The notes under the pieces: model-generated
The model's input: only the letters and a program-made list of their open reading frames with translations
Database searches by the model: none
Told to the model about the DNA's origin: nothing
Made by a program: the position numbers and the translations under genes
DNA from: Salinispira sp.
Lineage (GTDB): Bacteria; Spirochaetota; Spirochaetia; DSM-27196; Salinispiraceae
Assembly: GCA_965226555.1 (NCBI GenBank)
Contig: CBDDDG010000026.1
Span: 1-33,773 of the forward strand
DNA length: 33,773 bases
Direction of reading: 5' to 3'
Part shown: one piece after another, positions 27,155 through 33,773 of the stretch
How positions within the stretch are numbered: the first letter of the stretch is position 1
How the letters are laid out: each line of letters starts with the position of its first letter

Positions 27155-28099
27155 TTACCTTACAAGTTCCTGTATGGCTCCGAGGGTTCCGGCTGGTTTT
27201 GCCCGTAATCCTTTATAAAAGGATTTCCATAAACCACTGAGTACCTTACCGGGGCCAACTTCCAATACTATATCATGTTCTTTACCTGTTATAATTTTTT
27301 CATCTAAAAGATACTGCTCAGATGCTACCCATTGTACCATAGATACAATCTGTTCACCCGCGCGTTTTTTGGCCTCGGAGGCATTCTCAAGGGGCCGCGC
27401 TGTTACATTTGAAATGAGCGGAATACGGGGGTCATTGAAGGGAAACCCTGCAATGCGCTTTTCAAATTCTTTTCGGGCATCTTCCAGAAGAGGAGAGTGA
27501 AAGGGTCCGCTTACTCTCAGGCGCACAACCTTCATGGCGCCCGCTTCGGTGAGGGCTTCTTCGGCTTTTTCAAGCCCTTCGGCCGTTCCCGCAAGAACAA
27601 TTTGGGTTGGGGAGCTGTAGTTTGCAATGAAAACGGAGGAAATGGGCTCAACACAGTCCCGGACTTCTTCAAAAGAAAGACCAAGTACCGCCGTCATGCC
27701 GGAGGGACCCTCGGGAGTATCTGCCTGACGGGCTCCTTTTTCCATGAGTTCACCGCGGATGGCAACCACTCGGAAGAGTGTCTCGGTATCCAAAACGCCT
27801 GCCTCATGCAGCGCTGCATATTCACCAACTGAAAAGCCAAGGACAGCGGCAGGTTTCAGTCCCCGTTCACGCAGAAGTGCCGCCGCAGAAATGTTAACAA
27901 GGCTTATTGCTGCCTGAGTATTATCGGTCGACTTCAGATCATCCTCTGTGCCGTTGAACAGCAGATCGGCCATATCTTTCCGCAACACCGCGTTGGCGAC
28001 TGCGAAGAGCTTCCGCACCGTCTCACTGTGCTCATACATATCCTTTGCCATGCCCGGATACTGGGCACCCTGACCGGGAAATAAAAATACTGTGCTCAT
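27155..28099 (-). CDS. fabD: Malonyl-CoA:ACP transacylase
   Basis: FLFPGQGAQ, TQAAI, GFSVGEY, RGELM, LRVSGPFHS, EVGPGKVL. Confidence 0.9.
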   Translation of the reverse strand: MSTVFLFPGQGAQYPGMAKDMYEHSETVRKLFAVANAVLRKDMADLLFNGTEDDLKSTDNTQAAISLVNISAAALLRERGLKPAAVLGFSVGEYAALHEAGVLDTETLFRVVAIRGELMEKGARQADTPEGPSGMTAVLGLSFEEVRDCVEPISSVFIANYSSPTQIVLAGTAEGLEKAEEALTEAGAMKVVRLRVSGPFHSPLLEDARKEFEKRIAGFPFNDPRIPLISNVTARPLENASEAKKRAGEQIVSMVQWVASEQYLLDEKIITGKEHDIVLEVGPGKVLSGLWKSFYKGLRAKPAGTLGAIQELVR

Positions 28100-28100
28100 G

Positions 28101-29264
28101 TCAATTCCTTTTCATAGAAAAAACTTTTTCATACATTCTGTGTGTGCGATAGTGTTCTGCTCCCCAATTTTCCAGAAGATTACGCAACGCGGTATTTTCT
28201 TCAAGAATCCAGCTGAATTCAGCAGAATTGTATCCCTTTCCTTCGCCCTTTGTGTAGAGTTCATAAATGAAAGCAGCATCAATACCTTTATTGTGATATT
28301 CCCTGCGAACCCCGAAGGCCGCAATGCGCAACTGCTGTGCTCTGCTCTTTGCCCTGAGAAGTTTGAAAACCCCGAAGGGGAGGAGCCTGCCGTTCAGAGT
28401 ACGAAGTGTGTCGTTCAAATTGGGGATGGGAAAGGCAAAACCAACCGGAACATTATCAACATAGGCAAAGAGCGTAACTTCAGGATCAAGTACGAGTTTG
28501 AGATTTTTTGCGAGCTGTCTGAATTCTTCTTTATTCCACGGGACATAGCCCCAGTTCTCCGCCCAGGCCTCATTCCATATTTCCCGCACAACATCCACCA
28601 TACTATCCCATTCCTTCATACGTGTCCGCCGTATTTCGACATTGTTCCGCTTGAGGGCTATTTTTGTAACACGGATAATCTTTTCACTCAGCCTGAGGCG
28701 GGTATCCATTCTGTATGAATACAGATCCGCAGCCTTGCGATATCCCGCATCCGCATAAAAACTGCCATAGTATGGCGGTGAATAGGGCATTTCAATAACG
28801 GGGGGAATTTCAAAACTATCAATTTGGTTGCCGATCGATCCATTAATATTTCCATTGACCGGCCCAATAACACGCTTCATGCCCCGTTTGCGGAGCCAGA
28901 TTTCAGCCTGCGAAAAGAGGGCTGCCGCAACCTGCGCATCGTCAATGCACTCAAAGAAGCCGACAAATCCGGTTCCTGCCTGCTGATGCGCGCAATAATC
29001 AGCATCTACCATGGCAGCAATTCTCCCAACGACACTGCCATGTTTGCCGCCATTTTTGCTGCCATGTTTGCTGGCAAGAAATACCTGAAGCTCCGCGTGC
29101 TCATAGAATCCATTATGTGCGCGGTCAAAAATGTGCTTAATATCCATATTAAGCGGGGGCACCCAGGCATTATAGACCCTCCTCTGCCCCCGATATACCA
29201 GATAGGGAAGTTCAATAAACTGTTTAATGTCGTTTTTTGATTCTAGGGGATAGATATCTACCAT
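28101..29264 (-). CDS. GNAT-fold N-acyltransferase of the YghO / bacterial ceramide synthase-like family
   Basis: FIELPY.VY...WVPPL, VVGRIAA, GFVGFFECIDD, AE.WL..RGM..VIGP, MPYSPPYY, NEAWAENWGYVP, SWILEEN. Confidence 0.75.
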   Translation of the reverse strand: MVDIYPLESKNDIKQFIELPYLVYRGQRRVYNAWVPPLNMDIKHIFDRAHNGFYEHAELQVFLASKHGSKNGGKHGSVVGRIAAMVDADYCAHQQAGTGFVGFFECIDDAQVAAALFSQAEIWLRKRGMKRVIGPVNGNINGSIGNQIDSFEIPPVIEMPYSPPYYGSFYADAGYRKAADLYSYRMDTRLRLSEKIIRVTKIALKRNNVEIRRTRMKEWDSMVDVVREIWNEAWAENWGYVPWNKEEFRQLAKNLKLVLDPEVTLFAYVDNVPVGFAFPIPNLNDTLRTLNGRLLPFGVFKLLRAKSRAQQLRIAAFGVRREYHNKGIDAAFIYELYTKGEGKGYNSAEFSWILEENTALRNLLENWGAEHYRTHRMYEKVFSMKRN

Positions 29265-29301
29265 TGTCTCTCCAAACAAAGCTTATTACTGAGAATTGTA
29301 C

Positions 29302-29339
29302 TCAGCATAATAGTACTTTATTAAAATTGCAATATGGTA
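29302..29339 (-). promoter_or_regulatory. Candidate promoter of the GNAT-fabD-KS-fabG-HMGS-ECH operon
   Basis: TACCATA-TTGCAA-N17-TATGCTGA. Confidence 0.45.
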
Positions 29340-29708
29340 GGGATAGGTCTGGGTGAATTCAATTCCCGGTAAATGGTCGTATTGGTGGATTTTTCTTATA
29401 CTCGCTATATCGCAGAAGTCGGGAAGGCGGCGCGCTTATGGTTGCATTGACCGTAAGATTGAAATTGTGCTTGACGCACAGTTTCTCAATGAGTAAAATA
29501 CTCAGGAATTCTGTGATGTGTTGATGATTGCAGATCCTAAATGTGTATGAGAGTTCCACCAATGGTCTGAAAAAACCTTGTTGAGGAAGTTCTGCCTTAG
29601 TAGATTTTATGATTGACAGATTTTTTGAGCACCAATATACTTTTAGCTTATGAGACAGTTGCAACGATCTCAAATTCCTCAATTTTGTACGACCCTAGGA
29701 GTATTACA

Positions 29709-31229
29709 ATGACTCTTCACACAAAAAACGCTTTCAAAGTGTTTGTTCTGGTTGTTTTCATAACAATTCTTGTAGCCTGTCCGTCTGTAATAGACAACCC
29801 AGTTGCTGTAATGGACAACCCAGTTGCCTCTGCGGCAGATATCATTCTTGGTACTGGCGCTAATCATCCGTATGGTATTTGGACTGACGGTACGACAATG
29901 TGGGTGGTCAATTTCTTTGATTATACTATTTATGCCTACGATCTGAACAGCAAGGAACGTGATTTGGAAAAAGATATTGATCTTACTGCCGGGAATTTGA
30001 ACCCTCGCGGTATATGGTCTAACGGTACAACAATGTGGGTAAGCGATGACACCAATAACATGGGAAAAATCTATGCCTACAACATGAGCAACAGTGCCCG
30101 CGTTCCGTCTGAGGATTTTAACACACTCAGCGAAGCAGGGAACAATGCGCCCTCCGACATGTGGTCTGACGGTACGACAATGTGGGTAGCTGATAGGAGC
30201 GATGTCAAAATTTATGCCTACAACATGAGCGACAAGACCTACGATCCGTCTAAGGATTTCGATACATTCGATGCCACTCAGATTTTTCTTCAGGGAATTT
30301 GGTCTGACGGCAGAACGCTATGGGTGGGGGGATCCCGAAAAATTTATGGCTACGATCTGAGCGGTAATCGTGCTACGAATGAAGATTTTAATGTGCTTGC
30401 TGACGATAACTATTGGCCGAGTAGTATTTATTCCGATGGCACAACAATGTGGGTACTTGATAGGAGCGATGTCAAAATTTATGCCTACAATATGGACGAC
30501 AAAACCCATGACGCTGCCAATGATTTTGAAACTGCTACAGGAAGTCCTTCCTCTGAAGGTATATGGTCGGACGGCACAACGATGTGGGTGGCAGATTCTG
30601 GTCGCGGCAAAATCTATGCCTACGATATCTCCAGCGGGCTTCTTGATCCGGCTAAGGATTTTAACACACTTTCTGAATCAGGGAACAAGTATCCTAGCGG
30701 TATATGGTCTGACGGCACAACAATGTGGGTAGCCGATTGGTGGGGTAGAAAAATTTATGCCTACAACATGGACGATACATCTCGCGATTCTTCTAAGGAT
30801 TTTGACACACTTTCTGAAGCCGAGAACGATAATCCTGCGGGAATTTGGTCTGACGGCACAACAATGTGGGTAGCCGATCAGAGGGATGAAAAAATTTATG
30901 CCTACAACATGGACGACAAAACCCGTGACGCTGCCAAAGATTTTGATTCCGATGCCCTTGGAATTGACTGGTTGAATTACCCTCAGGGTATATGGTCGAA
31001 TGGTACAACACTATGGGTAGTTGATCCTAATGACACTATCTATGCATATAATTTACGCGATAAGACCCGTGACGCTGCCAAAGATTTTGATTCAGTAACC
31101 TATAGAAATACAGAAAATGGTAACGCTGACTATATCTGGTCGGACGGTACAATAATGTGGGTAACTGATGAGAGGGATAGAAAAATCTATGCCTACAACC
31201 TATCGACCCGCTCGCGTCCGGCGCAGTAA
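29709..31229 (+). CDS. Lipoprotein built of about ten GIWSDGTTMWV.D...KIYAY repeats (probable beta-propeller)
   Basis: AGGAG RBS, lipobox ILVAC, tandem repeats of about 45-48 aa. Confidence 0.85.
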   Translation: MTLHTKNAFKVFVLVVFITILVACPSVIDNPVAVMDNPVASAADIILGTGANHPYGIWTDGTTMWVVNFFDYTIYAYDLNSKERDLEKDIDLTAGNLNPRGIWSNGTTMWVSDDTNNMGKIYAYNMSNSARVPSEDFNTLSEAGNNAPSDMWSDGTTMWVADRSDVKIYAYNMSDKTYDPSKDFDTFDATQIFLQGIWSDGRTLWVGGSRKIYGYDLSGNRATNEDFNVLADDNYWPSSIYSDGTTMWVLDRSDVKIYAYNMDDKTHDAANDFETATGSPSSEGIWSDGTTMWVADSGRGKIYAYDISSGLLDPAKDFNTLSESGNKYPSGIWSDGTTMWVADWWGRKIYAYNMDDTSRDSSKDFDTLSEAENDNPAGIWSDGTTMWVADQRDEKIYAYNMDDKTRDAAKDFDSDALGIDWLNYPQGIWSNGTTLWVVDPNDTIYAYNLRDKTRDAAKDFDSVTYRNTENGNADYIWSDGTIMWVTDERDRKIYAYNLSTRSRPAQ

Positions 31230-31239
31230 CGCAGATGCA

Positions 31240-31270
31240 TCCCCGCGGCTACGCGTTGCGGGGAACTTTT
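31240..31270 (+). terminator. Probable intrinsic terminator
   Basis: TCCCCGC...GCGGGGA stem followed by ACTTTT just after the stop codon. Confidence 0.5.
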
Positions 31271-31279
31271 CCCACCACA

Positions 31280-31308
31280 TTGACCCTTTTGATATTTTCA
31301 GGTAGATT
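31280..31308 (+). promoter_or_regulatory. Candidate sigma70 promoter
   Basis: TTGACC-N17-TAGATT about 60 bp upstream of the GAGGAG-led ATG at 31368. Confidence 0.45.
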
Positions 31309-31367
31309 TTCAAAAGACAGATATGCGATGGGAATGTCTGTACAAAAAAATTGAGGAGATTAACTTT

Positions 31368-32036
31368 ATGAAAAAAGTTACTGCCATTTTTATAGTTGTT
31401 GTCGCGATAACTCTGTTAGCAGGGTGTCCGATGCCGGAGACGGATGTTTCTCCCTTAGTGGGGACGTGGACTTATCAATCACCAGATGATGTTACAGTGA
31501 CTGGTACTATAACATTCACCGATACTACCTTCACACAAACTCAGGATCAGATTACGTTGATTTGCGATTACACGGATAACGGGGACTCGGTTACAACAAG
31601 TAATTGTAAATTCGGAAACGTAGAAGGTACTTTTGAGTATACATGGCCTTTTGAGTATACATTTGGGTATTTCATTGATGGAAATACTTTAGTGTTTGGC
31701 ATTGCCTATACCCGGAAGAAGGGAGAAAATTCCCTTGTGGGGGTTTGGGAAAACGTTTTTACTTTATCAGCAGAATATGGGGAAGTGACTTTCACGAGTA
31801 CTACCACTATCACTTTAGAATTCGCCGCCGATAATACCTTCACAGAAACGGCGGTTCAGATTTTGGGTGATACATTCACTACTACAACTACTTGCAATTA
31901 CATGAATAACGGGAACACGGTTACGTTAAGTAATTGTACAAAAGAAGGAAGTATTGGAAGCTTGAGCAATGGAACATATCAGTATGCCATTAGTGGCAAT
32001 ACTTTAGTGATTGGTAATGCCTATATCCGGCAATAG
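31368..32036 (+). CDS. Lipoprotein with two internally duplicated beta-rich (lipocalin-like) domains
   Basis: MKK...LLAGC lipobox; repeated LVG.W...TFT.T...C.Y..NG..VT.SNC...I.GNTLV.G.AY. Confidence 0.75.
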   Translation: MKKVTAIFIVVVAITLLAGCPMPETDVSPLVGTWTYQSPDDVTVTGTITFTDTTFTQTQDQITLICDYTDNGDSVTTSNCKFGNVEGTFEYTWPFEYTFGYFIDGNTLVFGIAYTRKKGENSLVGVWENVFTLSAEYGEVTFTSTTTITLEFAADNTFTETAVQILGDTFTTTTTCNYMNNGNTVTLSNCTKEGSIGSLSNGTYQYAISGNTLVIGNAYIRQ

Positions 32037-32172
32037 TAGTCAACCATTTTTTTGACAACATTATGCCCCGCCCTTCGTTCTTGCTTGCCCATGCGGGAAC
32101 GGGCGGGGGGTTCCTTGGCATATCCACTTTGAAAGAAGAAAAATTGATGAGAGATAATAACATGGATGGCAC

Positions 32173-32934
32173 ATGAGCAAACTGAAAAATCTTTATAAGA
32201 ATCTAATTGATAACAAGAAATCCGAATTTGATAACTGGCATCACAACTTTTATGAATTTTTTGATGATGTCCGACAAATGCGTGAACGAATTAAAGCGGG
32301 GGATGGCTTGTCTCCTGAAAAAGATGAGTGTTTTCTGTGGAGACTTCTTGGTAAGAAGTCCAACGGAATTGCTGATGGAGGACAATCCAATCTGGAAGAT
32401 GAAAAATTTCAGTTGTTCATTAGAAATGCTGATTTTATATCGTCACTCGAACAGCTTATCCTTGATCCCTGCAAAGATAACTACCGAAAATTTGGTGAAA
32501 TATGGACGAAACAAGCAAGGTCTGCCGGATTCAGAAGAAATCCGCTTCTTGTTAACCGTGTGGCAGCAGCCTGCACTCATAAGGTATCCACAACAGTTTT
32601 TGAGAACGCATTTAATCAGGTTTTCGACTGGCTTATTAATAAAAAAATTATTCCGAAATATTACAAAGAATCGGACTGGTTTTCAAAAAACATTTTCTTA
32701 ATGGAAATCATCAACACTGAGTTCAAAAATGAGATTCAGAACAAGACAACAGATGAATTTTATCTGCGACATTTTGTTTGGGAATTACAGTTACATAAGG
32801 CGTCAAACAACGTGCTTACCCTGTCCGACTTGGCTACCTCGAATAATTCTGCCATATTACGAAAACGGAATACAATAGAGAAACTTTTGCATTTTGCAAA
32901 AATTTCTTGGAGATTTATCAGATATGGAAAATAG
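32173..32934 (+). CDS. Hypothetical low-GC protein, probably a truncated N-terminal domain; its 3' end runs into unrelated remnant DNA and a palindrome
   Basis: 253-aa ORF with no firm motif; last about 35 aa overlap a family A palindrome. Confidence 0.45.
   Translation: MSKLKNLYKNLIDNKKSEFDNWHHNFYEFFDDVRQMRERIKAGDGLSPEKDECFLWRLLGKKSNGIADGGQSNLEDEKFQLFIRNADFISSLEQLILDPCKDNYRKFGEIWTKQARSAGFRRNPLLVNRVAAACTHKVSTTVFENAFNQVFDWLINKKIIPKYYKESDWFSKNIFLMEIINTEFKNEIQNKTTDEFYLRHFVWELQLHKASNNVLTLSDLATSNNSAILRKRNTIEKLLHFAKISWRFIRYGK
32878..32908. repeat. Short family A palindrome
   Basis: GAGAAACTTTTGC-ATTTT-GCAAAAATTTCTT. Confidence 0.75.
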
Positions 32935-32976
32935 AGAAGTATTGCAGATACTGGAGCGCGGTGAGGACAAACCTTA

Positions 32977-33384
32977 TGTATGCCGAAGAGCGTCCTATCC
33001 GCAGATCGACCATAAACGATATTGATGTGACTCTTTTCAGTACCTTCTTCCAGAATGAGTTTAAGGAAAGCGTTGATGAGCAGGGAATTCCGCTCATCAA
33101 AATTCTTGAGAACATGAATCTGGCTGAAAATGAAGAATTGACCTGCTCGCATTGAAATAATAAGCCCCGGGCATCTGCCGAACAACCTCACCATAGAAAA
33201 TATTAAGGCGGGCAATTCAAACATGAGAAACCCGACCCTCGCATCTTATGCCACCAAACTGCTCCCCTACCGTGGTCTGGGCAGCGGAATTCGGCGGGCA
33301 TTACGGGCGCACAAAAATATCGATTTTATTGATGATCGCGATGGCAATGTATTCACCTGCATTATTAAACGGGTCGCGGTATGA
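32977..33384 (+). pseudogene. Remnant of an AlbA/Schlafen-associated RecG C-terminal (HATPase-like) protein with internal deletion and frameshift
   Basis: MYAEERPI..STINDID..LFSTFF...ILENMNL, then a shifted frame IEIISPGHLPNNLTIENIKAGNSNMRNPTLASYATKLLPYRGLGSGIRRAL...FTCIIKR. Confidence 0.7.
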
Positions 33385-33773
33385 CTGGATAGAAATGTGC
33401 TGGAGATTTTCGGGCAATGAGCATGAGTCTGCGCTGCGGCAGCATGCCATGCTGGTGAATTGCCGCCTGTATGTTCAGAAGTCGCTGCCGGGCTTCATGA
33501 AGGAATTCAGAACAGCCGGGCGCGTCTGCGAGCCGTACAAGGGAGGCCGCAAAATAATTGCAGCGCGCCTGCCCGTCCGCATCAGCATCAGCATTATCTT
33601 CCGCATGAGCCTCCGCTTCATTGACTACGGCGCAGGCTTCAATGGCATATCCGCGCTCCGTGAGAATGTTAGCAAGCAGGGTGCGCAATGTTCGGGCGCA
33701 AAAGCTGTAACTGTGGTTTATGCCGTGCCGGGTATCAATTTCGGACTTCAGGTTATGGAGCATGATAGCGGCC
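33365..33773 (-). CDS. C-terminal part of a hypothetical protein (5' end outside window)
   Basis: Open frame of at least 132 aa extending toward the window end; no decisive motif. Confidence 0.35.
   Translation of the reverse strand, partial: AAIMLHNLKSEIDTRHGINHSYSFCARTLRTLLANILTERGYAIEACAVVNEAEAHAEDNADADADGQARCNYFAASLVRLADAPGCSEFLHEARQRLLNIQAAIHQHGMLPQRRLMLIARKSPAHFYPVIPRPV

Noticed and set aside
27155..28099. GFS instead of GHS in FabD as a sign of inactivation
   Set aside because: The catalytic Ser, Arg and FHS His are present, so the variant alone is not evidence of lost function.

Overview
This is a bacterial window, most plausibly from a host-associated spirochaete. That assignment is inferred from spirochaete-style lipoboxes and FN3/FG-GAP/BspA surface lipoproteins, and is not proven. 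The main feature is a lipid-biosynthesis cluster in two blocks (10.75-15.9 kb and 22.0-29.3 kb). It combines discrete type II FAS/PKS enzymes (FabD, two KS, FabG, FabZ, an enoyl-reductase-like SDR, ACP, PPTase) with a polyketide beta-branching cassette (HMGS, ECH1, ECH2). It also has an alpha-oxoamine synthase (SPT/BioF family) and a YghO/bCerS-like GNAT acyltransferase, which together suggest a branched sphingolipid or ceramide-like aminolipid pathway. The accessory DNA includes three Rpn/YhgA cassettes, each with a strong internal RBS for a small C-terminal protein. It also has at least 13 loci of an AT-rich ~55-bp palindromic element whose composites insert without clear target duplication into an IS5 transposase and an rpn gene. 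Other accessory features are a second GC-rich repeat family, an IS5 element with a related MITE, four surface lipoproteins, an MTase plus DUF262-HNH pair, tRNA-Gly(CCC), msrB and internally deleted pseudogenes (sbcB and a RecG-C/HATPase-like gene). All calls come from reading motifs by eye; no database searches were run.
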